Shown piece by piece: positions 27,611-39,400 of a stretch of 64,000 nucleotides of DNA; position 1 is the stretch's first letter; the number at the start of each line of letters is the position of its first letter. The DNA is taken from sequence record NC_031107.2; one strand, 5' to 3'. The translations under genes and the position numbers were made by a program. The notes under the pieces were generated by a model. It saw only the letters and a list, made by a program, of their open reading frames with translations. It was not told where the DNA came from and did no database searches.

Positions 27611-30600
27611 TTAGCTCGCCTTACGGGTTACGTTCAGCGACGGTGTGGGTTGAGTGATAGACTGCTGACGGGCAGCGGAACCTGGAGGTGCAGCTCCTTG
27701 CGCCTGTGCCTGATTCCCGCCTTGTGGCAGACCACGACCTGGGTTGGCTTTCATAAAGTCACGGATCTCTTTAAGATACCCGGCCGACTCTTTGAGTACC
27801 TGGAGTTGCTGGACATCGACCGGCACGGTGTTCAGTGTCGGTGTGGACGCCGTGGCATCTGAACTGTTCGCCGCTGGCTGCTGGGCGGTTTTCTGCAACT
27901 GCTTCTCAGCACCTGCTTTGACCTTCGCAACATCCGTCGGTGACAATCCATCTGCCGCTGCGGCGGCAGCAACCCCATCCGCAGTAGCAGCGGCATCGCC
28001 TCCACCAGAACTGCTACCTGGAGACGGTACTGCTGGCCCTGCGTTACCCGCGGCGGTAGCCTGTGCATCCGCAGCCGCTTGTGCGCCTTTTGCATCCAGC
28101 GCATCATCACGACGTGCAGCGTTGTCCGCAGGCAAGTCATCAGCAGCACCCGCGATAGAAGGGTCGTTCGCGGCACCCGCAGCAACTGCCGGGTTAGCCG
28201 GTGTCAGGTTTTTGGTGATATCCGAAGTCATTCCCGGTGTAGCCGACATCACGTTGGCAGAGACTGCCCCCATGCGACGGTTCAACTCCTGGATAACGCC
28301 ATCAATCGTCCTGTTACGACCCTGACCATCGTAGAACACCCCTTTGTTCCCCGAAAGGATAGCCTGCGTAATTCCCGGTGCACGCGCGGACGGTGCAGAC
28401 GGGTTCTTCTGCCAGGCTTTCAGGAACAGCTTACCGCCACCGGCACCCAAGAAGTGGTACAGGTAGGCCACCGCAGGCGGTGGGGCCACGCCACCCAAAT
28501 CACGTTGTGCGGATTGGATGTTGTCACGGATAAACTGCATCCCCAGCAGGGTGTTCGCCCATGGGTCAAGCTGTCCACCGCCGGTGTTGAGCTTATTCGG
28601 GATACCAAACTTATTCCCGTAGCCCTTCATCATATCGCCCCAAGTTCCGTTAATGAACTGGAACAACCCACCGGCCGTACCTGCTTTGTTAGTCACGGTG
28701 TAGTCGAAACTTGACTCCGCTTGCGCCATCGCCAAGGCCACAGCTGGCGGGACACCAAACATCTTCGCCGCATCGGCAATCATTGCCCGAATGTTTTGAA
28801 CGTTCAGTGCCCCACGACGTCCGAGTTTAGACAGCGGGTACTTCTCTGCCAGACTCTTATAGTCACCGGCCTGGACTTCACCCAGGTTAATGGATGATTG
28901 TCCGGTGGTTAACTTCGCGTAGTTCTCAATCCCGCCTACGGCATCAACAGATTGGCCAAGGTCGTTCGGCACACCGTTAAAGCCCGGTACTGGCGCATAA
29001 CCGTTCGCCCGTTGCTCAGCGGCACTGCCTTTGCCGTAGGTTTCAAAGAACTTGCTCTGCGGGTCATCGTCCTTGGTCTGGAAGAAGTTGGTGTTCTTGT
29101 CACGGCGTTGCCACTGGGCACGTTTCCCAGCCGACTGCGTTTCCTTCAACAGGTTACGCACGGCCAAGTCCGCTTCCTTCGACAGCACGCGCAACGTTTC
29201 CAACTCTTTGTCGACCGTACGCGGATCGGTGTTGGCTTCCCCACCCAATGGGTTGAACGGGATTTCCCACACGGACTGACGCACACCCCCTTTCAGGTTA
29301 TACGCCCCACGTACCAACAGCGCGATTTCGTACAGGTAACCCCCCGTCATTTTCAGGTTCAGTGGATCGCCGGTCGGCAGGTAACGTTTCACCCCGACCA
29401 GGAACGTCATGAAGGCAGGTAAGAAGCGGTTAAAGAACCACAGCTTATACCGGTCTTCTTTCGGTCCACCGATTGCATCAGGTGCCAGCACCGCAATCGC
29501 TTTCTTCCAATCCCCTTTGTAACTGGCGGACTTCACATCGACGTCTTTGATGACTTCTTTCTCGAAGAGATTCATCTGTGTGCGTGCAGCTGAATCAATC
29601 GTCACCAGACCATACGTTTTCCAACGCAGGGATTCGAGGGCATCCAAATCTTTCTTGTCTGCCACCGCATTCCAGTCGACCTGAATCTGAACCTGTTCCG
29701 TCCCATCTTCCCAGCCCTGAGTTTTGATGGTGTTCTCGTTACGCTCTTTATCAAGCGAGGCGAGTTTCTGCGTAGACTCGGCGACCGAGGCAGACTTCAC
29801 CCCTTCGACCGCTTCCCGCATCCCTTTCTTCTCAGCGACTTTGTCATCAACCAGCCAGTCAATCTCTTTCCCGACCCGGTCTTGCACTTTCATCACTTCA
29901 TCCGCATCCAGTAAATCGGGTGAGGTGAAGGTGATAGCATCCCAGGCTTTCGAGAAGAAGCCCTGATTCACTTTACGTGGGTCAGTAAGGGCATGGAAAG
30001 CGTTGGCGTCTTTCGACATCTTCGTTTTCGCCCACAGCTTCTTCTGGTCAGCTTTCGAGGTTTTCGATTGATCAGCCACATCGGCTAACTGGATATCATT
30101 ATCCATTGACTTCAATGCGGTTACCCAACGCAGGTACACTGGGATGAAGCGCTGGAGCATGAATGCCTGGAAGGCCAGCATTTCGCCTTTCTCTTCCAGA
30201 TTCACACCGTACCCTTCGGCCAGTTTCTCTACGTCTTTGGCTGCCATGCCGCGAAGCGTGGCTTGACCTTTGTCGTCGTAGCTGATGTATTGTTTGATGT
30301 TGTCTTCCAGGTAACGGGCTTTCGCACCGTCATCGGATGACCAGGCATCGTTGTTACGGTAACCGTACTGTGCCAAACGCATCTTGTCCAGACGCAGTGC
30401 CGGTTTGTACGTGGCGATATGGTAGGCCAACCAGGATGCCCCAACAACAGCAGCACCGATGGCAATGGCAGGCCAACCCACGGCTGCAACTACCGCCGAG
30501 GCCGCACTAGCCACACCAGTGGCAATCGTCGGGATAGCACGCGTTACCGCAAACTTCCCAACATTCCACGCAGCTTTCCCGATAAGTGCGCCGGGTTTAA

Positions 30601-33600
30601 AGATACCCCACTTCGCCACTGTGCCGAGAATCGACCCCACGGTACCGAGGATGCTGACAATCGGGCCTATTAAAGGGAGGCTTGACAACATCCCCATAAT
30701 CCCACCCTTCTTGCCACCACGTTTCGGTGGCGCTGCAGCCTCTTGTTCTTCCTTGGTGCGACGCCGTCTGCGGAAGAACTGGAAGTAGTCACGTTTCTCG
30801 TCCGACTCTTTCGGTTTGTTACGCCGACTGAATTTCGAGAACATGGTACGCAGCATCCCATCGGTTCCCCCCGCTTTCTCCACGGAGTCTCGCATGGTGT
30901 TGAACCAACCCATCTCCTGCAAGTCGACCATACGGTTCAGGCGATCTAACAACCGACTGCCCAATGACCGTGAACGGTCAGCGGCTGAACCAATAACATC
31001 CGACGCAGCCCCTTTCACTTTATCGACATCATCCTTAATCGCCGATTTGACTTTCTTGCCGGAGATACCTGCGCGCGCATTCAGATGCTGGCGGTAGAAA
31101 TCTGCCACATCATCGTTACGGCCATGCAAGCGACGTTCAACCTCATAACGGGTACCGATATCAAAGCGACTGCCGCGGAACGAATCCACGATGTTACCTG
31201 CTCTGTCGCGCAGGTTGCCATATTCGTCACGAACGGTGTCCATCCCTTCACCAACACGCGACTGGAAGCGACCCCAACGTTTACCAAAACGGCGTTTCGC
31301 CATCACCTTGGCACGACGCAGCGCCTGTGATGCTTGGCCACGTAACCCTTTACCACCGCCAACATTTTTCTCCATCTGCTCCGTCCAACCTTCGTCTTCC
31401 GGTTCCCCGGCTAAACGTTTGTTGAGGAGTTTATAGATACGAATGAGGATGTGGTTGGTCTTACGGGCATTGGACATGGAGAACAGCGAGATCCCACCCC
31501 CGCCACCGCCTTCGCGGTTTTGCCACCAACGGGTGAGTGGGTTGTTTTGGGCCATGTCTTTAAACTTGTCCCAGCCGTTCTTCGCTGCATCCCACACTTT
31601 CTTCGGTAAACTGGTCACGCGTGAGAAGGCCGCTTGAATACGGGACTTCTCTTCGCCTTCTGGAATCTCATTCAACCAGTCTTTCACCTTGGTCAGGAAC
31701 GACCCGGCTTTCGGAGAAATGAAATCCAGAATGCGTTTGGGCAACTTAACCACTTTGTTGACACCGGTACCGGCTTTTTGTGCCAGTACCTGGAACAGGG
31801 CTTGTGCCTTGCCCCCTTTGTAGTAACGCAACTTCCCGGCTTTTGCCAAATCGGCAGCAGAGAGAATCAGGTTACCGGCTTCATCAACAATGTCGCGACC
31901 CAGGCGAATATCATCCAGCGACTTCAGCTGTTTCATGCGTGCGCCAGAACCACTGGAGACCTGGTAGTATTCCCCGGCTTCCAGCTTAGCGCCTTGCAGC
32001 ACGACGTTGCCTTTCTCGTCGTAGATATCACGGATACCCAGAACGCCTTTTGCAAAGCCCGAGGCTGAGTTCCAGGCTCCTTCGAACCCACCGGTGATCA
32101 GCCCACGAATCTTCGACAGAATACCTGGCCCTTCCGACGGTCCGCCGAACTTCCCGCGTGCCCAGGCACCGAATTTACCCAGACGGTCTTTTGCCCCTTT
32201 TGCCAGGCGTCCGCCTAAGCGGCCTGCGCCAGCAACCGAGTCAAACAGTACCCCACCCCAACGACGCAGTAAGCCGTCTTCGCCGATAATGATGCGACGA
32301 CGTCGACCGCCCCCACCAGGACCACCACCAGGACGTGGCGGGCCATGAATATCGCCGGTTGCGTCACCACCTTCACCACCGCCTGCCAATGAGGCCAACA
32401 ACACACCCTGTTCATCCATGTTCTTCACATGTTCCAGGATTTGCTGTACCACACTCAGGTTGCTGGATTCGCGGATAGCGGCCACCACACGATCGGTATG
32501 GCCGGTTTGGTCTTGTGCCTGGTTACGCTGACTCAACAACTCCACAAAGTTCGTGGAGGTTTCGCCGTAGAGCACCGCGGCCAGCTGACGTGCACTGAGA
32601 CCTTTGCCCCCTTTACCTTTCCCACGTAACGCAGGCGGTAAAGAAGTGTCATCCATTCCTGGACCCGCGTTGGCACCCATGCGACGCAGATAGTCCCCAA
32701 GCGCAGAACCGTTTTGCAGTTTCTTCGCAATTTCCTGCTCACGCGTCAGCGCACGACCGGTACGGGTTTTCCCCATGGCCAAATCGTTGAACAGGGTATA
32801 GGGATCGGACAGGTCTTTATCCACGCCGAACGTATCGTTCTTCGCATCGTAGTTAAAGATGCCTGCATCACGCAGCGCACGCTCACCGTAGATGTTTGCC
32901 GCTTCATCAATCATGTTCTGCCGGGCCGAGATAGACGACTGGATAGTCGCAATCCGAGATGACAGTTCATTACTGAGTTCAGCGTGTCCGCCGGTGAGGC
33001 CGTTAGAACGGGCCTGTAAGATGCCCTGGAGCTTCTCAGCGCCATTGCCACCCATGTGTCGCATTAAGTGGCTAGAGTCCTTGAGAATGGCTCCTACGTC
33101 GAATGCGCGGCCTTGTGAGGCACGAGACTCGATATAATCGGCCAGATGCTGACGTTCTTTCGCGGACAGCTCACCTTTGCTGTCAATAAAGTCAACCGTT
33201 TTGTTGATTGACCCTTGCAGACGCAAACGCTGTTCATCGTTAGCTACGGCTTTACGGACACGGTTGCCGATAACCTTACGGTCAACGAACCCACGACTGG
33301 TGATGTCGTATTCCATGTCTGCATGTTCACCGTAACCCCGCCGAATCGATTTGTTGATTTCGGATAACCAGGCTGGGATGATTTCCACCAGGGTTAAGTG
33401 GGCTTTACGGTCAAACTTAGCCGAACGGGTCATTGCTGCCCCGTCACGCTCATCCAGGAACGCCTTTTCTCGGTTCAGCGGTTGGATGATTCCCATCTCG
33501 TTTAAGAAACGGAAGATATCAGCCATTGGGCCATCGGTCTCTCCGGCAATCGCGGAGTTGGACAACGATGACAGGTTCTGGAGATTGAACTTACCGGCTT

Positions 33601-34750
33601 GCAGGCGTTTCATCACCTCCGGGTTCTTTTCCAGTTCCTCGCGTGACCACTTCTGGAGTTTCTCGATTTGCGGGCCTAAGAGTTTCTTGGCAAGCCAACC
33701 AGAACCCCAGCCAACCGCTTTATCACGGGCGTTGGTTTTACGCTTCTCGGCAGACAGCGATGAACTGTCTTCCATACCGAAGTCATCTTCGACGCCCATG
33801 CCGAGCAATTGCTCGAGCATCCCGCGCCCTTCACCAAAAACGTTGGAGATTTTCTTTTTGGTATTCTCGCGAATCTGGTCGATAAACCCGTCAGCGTATT
33901 TCAGTGGGTTCATCCAGTCCGCCATCTGACGCTTGACGTTTGCCCAACGGACTTCGGAGAATTCTTCCTTCGCGTAATCCGGTAAGGCGGTGTTCTTCTG
34001 AATCGCTTCGAGTGCTGGCGTGTTACGGTCAAACTCGTCTTGCTTCAGTTTTGTCAAGTCCTGGATTGCAAACAAGGTTTTGTATTGCAGTTCCAGTTGC
34101 TTGCGCTGGACGTTTAAGAACACCCCACGGTTCAGGCTCGTGGTCAGACTGATGTCTTTCGCAATTCCGATGACCGTCTGGAACATCGCATCGGATTTCA
34201 TCTCACGGATAGAATCACGAATACGGTCTTCGGTTGCCGTTTCACGCATGTCCCGCTGTTGCTCGTCGGTCTGTGGCCCGGAGCCACTGAACACTTCACC
34301 GAGCTCGCGATCCATCATCGCCTGTTTCGGGTCGTACTGCCCGTACTCCATCTGGTCAGACTTGGCCCACTTGTCAATCTTGCGGGTCAAGGCATCGGGC
34401 AAGTAGCGTTTCAGGGTTGGCCCTAACTGACGTGCTTGCTGTTTGACCATGCGTTCGGTCTTGACAAGCTCATCCTTCGTATGGGCAACTATATCCTTCC
34501 CCGCAGCAGCCACGTTCTGGTAGCCTTCGTAGGCATCTGCTGCTGGTTTTGGCATCCCTTTCAAGATGACTTGATCGCGCTTCCCTTTTGGCCAGATTGT
34601 GGAGAGGGCCGACTTACGCGCTGTGCGCAGTGTGTCGATAATAGGGTTACGACTCTTATCTGTATTTCGCGGTGGTTCACCGAAGTCATCCCAGTCATCC
34701 ATCCGGTCGAGATCAAGATCGTCGAAGTCGTCTCTGCCTTTTTTAGCCAT
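27611..34750 (-). CDS. Giant tail protein / tape measure with lytic transglycosylase (SLT) domain (phiKZ gp181/SPN3US gp239-like)
   Basis: 2379 aa; SLT motifs AAKMFGVPPAVALAMAQAESSF and AGGLFQFINGTW at about 28290-28790; hydrophobic Ala/Gly segment; divergent from the RNAP genes. Confidence 0.85.
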   Translation of the reverse strand: MAKKGRDDFDDLDLDRMDDWDDFGEPPRNTDKSRNPIIDTLRTARKSALSTIWPKGKRDQVILKGMPKPAADAYEGYQNVAAAGKDIVAHTKDELVKTERMVKQQARQLGPTLKRYLPDALTRKIDKWAKSDQMEYGQYDPKQAMMDRELGEVFSGSGPQTDEQQRDMRETATEDRIRDSIREMKSDAMFQTVIGIAKDISLTTSLNRGVFLNVQRKQLELQYKTLFAIQDLTKLKQDEFDRNTPALEAIQKNTALPDYAKEEFSEVRWANVKRQMADWMNPLKYADGFIDQIRENTKKKISNVFGEGRGMLEQLLGMGVEDDFGMEDSSSLSAEKRKTNARDKAVGWGSGWLAKKLLGPQIEKLQKWSREELEKNPEVMKRLQAGKFNLQNLSSLSNSAIAGETDGPMADIFRFLNEMGIIQPLNREKAFLDERDGAAMTRSAKFDRKAHLTLVEIIPAWLSEINKSIRRGYGEHADMEYDITSRGFVDRKVIGNRVRKAVANDEQRLRLQGSINKTVDFIDSKGELSAKERQHLADYIESRASQGRAFDVGAILKDSSHLMRHMGGNGAEKLQGILQARSNGLTGGHAELSNELSSRIATIQSSISARQNMIDEAANIYGERALRDAGIFNYDAKNDTFGVDKDLSDPYTLFNDLAMGKTRTGRALTREQEIAKKLQNGSALGDYLRRMGANAGPGMDDTSLPPALRGKGKGGKGLSARQLAAVLYGETSTNFVELLSQRNQAQDQTGHTDRVVAAIRESSNLSVVQQILEHVKNMDEQGVLLASLAGGGEGGDATGDIHGPPRPGGGPGGGGRRRRIIIGEDGLLRRWGGVLFDSVAGAGRLGGRLAKGAKDRLGKFGAWARGKFGGPSEGPGILSKIRGLITGGFEGAWNSASGFAKGVLGIRDIYDEKGNVVLQGAKLEAGEYYQVSSGSGARMKQLKSLDDIRLGRDIVDEAGNLILSAADLAKAGKLRYYKGGKAQALFQVLAQKAGTGVNKVVKLPKRILDFISPKAGSFLTKVKDWLNEIPEGEEKSRIQAAFSRVTSLPKKVWDAAKNGWDKFKDMAQNNPLTRWWQNREGGGGGGISLFSMSNARKTNHILIRIYKLLNKRLAGEPEDEGWTEQMEKNVGGGKGLRGQASQALRRAKVMAKRRFGKRWGRFQSRVGEGMDTVRDEYGNLRDRAGNIVDSFRGSRFDIGTRYEVERRLHGRNDDVADFYRQHLNARAGISGKKVKSAIKDDVDKVKGAASDVIGSAADRSRSLGSRLLDRLNRMVDLQEMGWFNTMRDSVEKAGGTDGMLRTMFSKFSRRNKPKESDEKRDYFQFFRRRRRTKEEQEAAAPPKRGGKKGGIMGMLSSLPLIGPIVSILGTVGSILGTVAKWGIFKPGALIGKAAWNVGKFAVTRAIPTIATGVASAASAVVAAVGWPAIAIGAAVVGASWLAYHIATYKPALRLDKMRLAQYGYRNNDAWSSDDGAKARYLEDNIKQYISYDDKGQATLRGMAAKDVEKLAEGYGVNLEEKGEMLAFQAFMLQRFIPVYLRWVTALKSMDNDIQLADVADQSKTSKADQKKLWAKTKMSKDANAFHALTDPRKVNQGFFSKAWDAITFTSPDLLDADEVMKVQDRVGKEIDWLVDDKVAEKKGMREAVEGVKSASVAESTQKLASLDKERNENTIKTQGWEDGTEQVQIQVDWNAVADKKDLDALESLRWKTYGLVTIDSAARTQMNLFEKEVIKDVDVKSASYKGDWKKAIAVLAPDAIGGPKEDRYKLWFFNRFLPAFMTFLVGVKRYLPTGDPLNLKMTGGYLYEIALLVRGAYNLKGGVRQSVWEIPFNPLGGEANTDPRTVDKELETLRVLSKEADLAVRNLLKETQSAGKRAQWQRRDKNTNFFQTKDDDPQSKFFETYGKGSAAEQRANGYAPVPGFNGVPNDLGQSVDAVGGIENYAKLTTGQSSINLGEVQAGDYKSLAEKYPLSKLGRRGALNVQNIRAMIADAAKMFGVPPAVALAMAQAESSFDYTVTNKAGTAGGLFQFINGTWGDMMKGYGNKFGIPNKLNTGGGQLDPWANTLLGMQFIRDNIQSAQRDLGGVAPPPAVAYLYHFLGAGGGKLFLKAWQKNPSAPSARAPGITQAILSGNKGVFYDGQGRNRTIDGVIQELNRRMGAVSANVMSATPGMTSDITKNLTPANPAVAAGAANDPSIAGAADDLPADNAARRDDALDAKGAQAAADAQATAAGNAGPAVPSPGSSSGGGDAAATADGVAAAAAADGLSPTDVAKVKAGAEKQLQKTAQQPAANSSDATASTPTLNTVPVDVQQLQVLKESAGYLKEIRDFMKANPGRGLPQGGNQAQAQGAAPPGSAARQQSITQPTPSLNVTRKAS

Positions 34751-34779
34751 GTTGATAATTCCAATTCAGGAGCTTAAAA

Positions 34780-36393
34780 GTGAAAAAGCTAAACTGGGTT
34801 GACTTTTATTTATTAAACGTCAACAAGTCCCTGGTGTCGCAACTAAAACCCGTAACATCGACAGACACCTTTCAGGGGTTGACAAAAAACTTTCACCCTG
34901 AGGGACTGTACTCAACCGATATCTTCGGCCTGACGGGAAGTGAAGCGCGCGACAGTACATTCTCGTACATCGATATCAAACTGGATATCATTTCGCCCAC
35001 CGTGTGTTTGGCTATGTTTCAGCTGAAACAGCTGTATGAAGAAATTTGTTCCGGGAAACGTTTTGCGACCTGGAACGAGAAAGAAAAAGATTTCGAGCCA
35101 GCGCTGCCCAGTGAAAAAGGTGCAGACACCGGCTTTAACTTCTTCCTGAGTCACTACAATGAACTCTCACCGGGCCGAAACGAGTCCATGCGCCGTGATG
35201 AGTCCGTGGATTTCTTCAACAAATTCCGACCCGTCAGTTTGAGTCGCTATGTGTTGGTACTGCCTGCCGGTCTGCGTGACCTGGTGGTACGTGCCGACGG
35301 TCGCGACCAGGAAGACGACATCGGGGGCTTGTACCGCCGACTCATTTCACTGGCCCGTGCGATACCGGACCGCAATGCGCGCACTGAGCTCACTGACCCG
35401 GTGCGGTGGAAACTCCAGCAGACCTTTAACGAAATCTGGATGTACTTCTTTAACATCCAGGATGGGAAGGGTGGCTTTGCTCGGCGTAAGGTCACGTCCC
35501 GTAAACTGCTGAACGGTACCCGTAACGTACTGTCTTCGTTCTCAACCGGTTCTAAAGTCATGGGCCGTGAGGATGAAGTAAGGCCAACCGATACGCGTAT
35601 CGGCTTGTACCAAACATTAAAGGCGTTACTCCCGGTTGCCCAGTACAACATCCGCGAACGTTACCTCGGTAACATCCGTGCGGGTGACGGGAACCTGTAT
35701 GGGATTAACACCAAAACCCTCAAGCGCGAATTCTTAGAAGTGCCGGGGAAGGTCTATGACCTGTTCTCCACCGACGATGGTATTGAATTGCTCATCAACC
35801 GCATGGAAGCTCGCGAGCTTCGTCATCAGCCGGTGATGATTGATAAAGACCACTACGTCGCCCTGATTTATCAGGACAAGAAGCACTTCAAAGTCTTTTA
35901 CGACATTGAAGAACTCCCTGAGGGATTCTCGCGTAAACTGGTACGCGGAATTTCATTAGCTGAACTGCTCTACCTTTCCGGATACGATCTCTGGAATGAC
36001 TACTTCTCATTCATTACTCGTTACCCTGTAACGGGTCGTGGATCGACTTACTCCTCGACCATAAGATTGGAGACCACGACGTCTTCGCTCTACTTAAAAG
36101 AGCTGGAAGATGACTGGACGAGCGTGAAACCTAAGGGGGCAACCAGCTTCCCTGACCGTAACGTCTCGACCTTCGTGGAGTCCATGGCTCCCCATCCTTC
36201 CCGACTGGGTGGACTGGGTGGTGACTACGACGGCGACACTGGTTCCGCCAACAGTCCGATGTCACAGGAAGCCCTCGAGGAGAACCGGAAGTGGGTCAAT
36301 TCAAAGAACTACTGGTTTGCGACTGACGGCAGTTTCAAAGTCCAACCTGTCAACAATGTGATTAAGCGTGCGACGCAAGCGCTGTTGAAATGA
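34780..36393 (+). CDS. Virion RNA polymerase beta' subunit, catalytic part (phiKZ gp180/SPN3US gp240-like)
   Basis: FHPEGLYSTDIFG, VLPAGLRD, ITRYP and the metal-binding GGDYDGDT motif. Confidence 0.9.
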   Translation: MKKLNWVDFYLLNVNKSLVSQLKPVTSTDTFQGLTKNFHPEGLYSTDIFGLTGSEARDSTFSYIDIKLDIISPTVCLAMFQLKQLYEEICSGKRFATWNEKEKDFEPALPSEKGADTGFNFFLSHYNELSPGRNESMRRDESVDFFNKFRPVSLSRYVLVLPAGLRDLVVRADGRDQEDDIGGLYRRLISLARAIPDRNARTELTDPVRWKLQQTFNEIWMYFFNIQDGKGGFARRKVTSRKLLNGTRNVLSSFSTGSKVMGREDEVRPTDTRIGLYQTLKALLPVAQYNIRERYLGNIRAGDGNLYGINTKTLKREFLEVPGKVYDLFSTDDGIELLINRMEARELRHQPVMIDKDHYVALIYQDKKHFKVFYDIEELPEGFSRKLVRGISLAELLYLSGYDLWNDYFSFITRYPVTGRGSTYSSTIRLETTTSSLYLKELEDDWTSVKPKGATSFPDRNVSTFVESMAPHPSRLGGLGGDYDGDTGSANSPMSQEALEENRKWVNSKNYWFATDGSFKVQPVNNVIKRATQALLK

Positions 36394-36408
36394 CCATAAG
36401 GCTCGACT

Positions 36409-39400
36409 ATGCTTCTCATTAAGCAGTTTAACCAACGCTTCTCAGTGCGTAAGACGGATGAGTTCGGGAAACCCCGTATCATTCCGCTGGAGAAGTTGCA
36501 GATTCCGCGTGGGGCTGTGTATCATGCCATCGACCTTGACCAGGTCGTTCTGGCTCCACCGGTCACCACTCCGATTCTCCAGGACTTGGAAAAGCCTGCG
36601 CAGATTCGTCATCATTTTAAACTGCCTGAGGAAGGCATCTCTGGTCATCCGCGTATCAAACCGGTACAAGGTCAGGAGAAAGCGATTTTCGCCTATCACC
36701 GTGCTAACCGCAACTTCCGTCGTTTGTCTTCGGATGCGCTGGTACGTAAAGACCTGAAAACGCTGCTGATTGAAAACTACACCCCGATGCTGTCGCACTA
36801 TATCTACCCGGACACGCAGCTGGCCTGGTACGACCGTCTGCGCAACATCATGGTGTTAATGACGAACCAGTTCAAATACGATACCGCTGAGTATCTGCGT
36901 CAGAACTATTTCGTCATCGAACTGGGCTCTACCCTGCCCGCGTTCACCAAATTCCAGACCACCTTCAATGACCGTGTAAAAACCAAGCTGGAAAAGTTTC
37001 AGGACTTTAACCTGCTGTGGTTACTGGAAATCTTTACCTGGGCTTACGGGCACCAGAAAGATTCCCTGTTTGACGGCATGGACATCACTCAGCTGTCACG
37101 CATGAACTTTATCTTCACCCACAACAGCGGCTTCACGTCACTGAACATGGGTGTGGTAGAGAAAATGCGTAAGTCCTCAGGTGGGCGTTTAACTGACGAC
37201 CAGATGGCGCGCAACTTCTACAAAACCCTGGTTCAGGTGATGACGCAGTCTCCGTCTGACGAGTACGATGCGGAGTTCCTGACCCCAGAAGGGGAAGAAC
37301 GTATCGTAACCCGTGACGACGTAGAAGAAGACAACGTCGATGTCATGGATGACGAAGAACTCACCGATGATGCCGTGGTGGAGTCTGATAACGGTTTCGA
37401 TGAGAAAGAAGACCTGGTTATCGAAGCGCCAAAAGAAGATGTCAAGCCGACGACCATCGTGGTGGAAAAAACCATTGCTCACGACGAAGTCATCAAACAG
37501 GAAGTAAAACGCCTGGCCGAAGCCGGTCGTGTGACCTCGAAAGCGTACCAATTCCTGTCTGACTCTTCTCAGCGTTTTGTCAGTCTGCCAAACCCGTACA
37601 ATCCAAAAGAGACGTACGGACAAGCGCTGACTATCGAGAAGAAAGATATCGAAGTCAAAGCGCAACCGAAAAAGATTGAACGTCTGGTTACGGACGAAGC
37701 GTGGTTTGAAAACGTTAACGACCAGATTATCAAACAGTATAACAAGACCATGCTGCCTAAAGACATCTTGTCTGCAGTAGCATCGTCACAGCGCCTGGGA
37801 CTGGCGATTCACAACCACACGGTAGAGAAAGAAAATACCGTGACCGGGAAAGTGGAACACCATACCCTGCGCGTTCAACCTATCGGCGGTGAACCGACCA
37901 CAGTACGCTTCTCCATTCCGGCCCTGACCGATGACGGTACCTGGGTTGCGAACGGCGTTGAGTACACCATGCGTAAGCAGCGTGTCGATTTACCTATCCG
38001 TAAGGTTGCCCCGGACACCGTTTCCCTGACCACTGCGTACGGCAAGAACTTTGTACGCCGCAGTGATAAAGTGGTGAACGACTACGGGCGTTGGTTGACG
38101 AATGCGATTATCACGCGTGCCGTTGACCCGAAAAACACCGAAGTGACCGATGCCAAACTGGCAAACGTGTTCGACCCTCTGCTGGAACTGCCGCGTCAGT
38201 ACACCGAAGTGGCACGTCGTGTGGCAAGCTTCAATGCCATGGGCTACATGTGGAGTTTTGATTTCAAACAACGTGACGTCTTCTTTGACAGTGATCAAAT
38301 CGCCGACGCGGACCGCGCCAACCTGATCCCTGTTGCGAAGAAACCACGCAGCGAAATCATCCTCTGCATGGACAGCAAGTCACAGATGTATAAAGTGAAA
38401 GAGGACAAGGTTGAACCACTGGGCACCTTGGCTGAAATGCTGGGTGTGGATTCGTCCAAAGCTCCGCGTGAAATGACCGAACTGTCTCTGATGGGCAAGT
38501 CACTTTCACTCGGCTTCATCTTTACCTACTACCTCGGGTTGCAGGGGATGTTGAAGCACTTTGGGATGCAGTACGAACTCATGCCCGCGGGTCAGCGCCT
38601 GGACAAGTCGCAGTACGACAGCATTATCCGCTTAGCGGATGCGAAGTATGCTATCACCTGTGACAACGACCAACAGCGCATGATACTGAACGGTCTTGAC
38701 CGTTATTTGAAACACTTCACTGCGTATACCGAGTCCGAAGTGGAACGCGAAGACATTTACCTGAACCTGATTCGTGATGCAGATGGCCTGTCTCCACGGT
38801 ACATCAAAGAGCTGAAACAAATGCGGACCGCGTTTGTTGATGACATGCACGCACGTATCCTCAGGAAAATGGGTGAGCCGGAAACCTTTATCGGCTTGCT
38901 GCAACGTTCGAACGAAATGCTCCAGACGGACAAAACCTTGCCGGAAATCAACGGTGAGGAAATGATGTTCATCGGGAACCAACGTATTGCGTATCACATC
39001 TACACCGCCATGGTGCGTGCGATGCGTAACTACAACAACGCACCGGGATCAAACCGCAAGTTTGAACTGACGCAGGACATGATTTGGGGGGCGATTAACT
39101 CCGACCCATCGGTTCTGCTGGCACCGGGTGCAAACGCGATTCAAAGCATCAAAGAGAAAGACGTTGTGACCATGGGGGGTACGGGTGGCCGTAACCGTAA
39201 GACAATGGTTTACCACACTCGTGAGTTCCAACCTTCTGACCTCGGTATCGTTTCGGGTAACACCGTCGATAACGGGGACGTAGGGATCACTGCGTTCTTA
39301 ACCAACAACCCGGCCTTCGATACCGTCGATGGCACCACGTTCAAACGTGACGGGGAGTTACAACCTGGTCATGCGCTGTCGTTTATCGATGGGCTGGTAC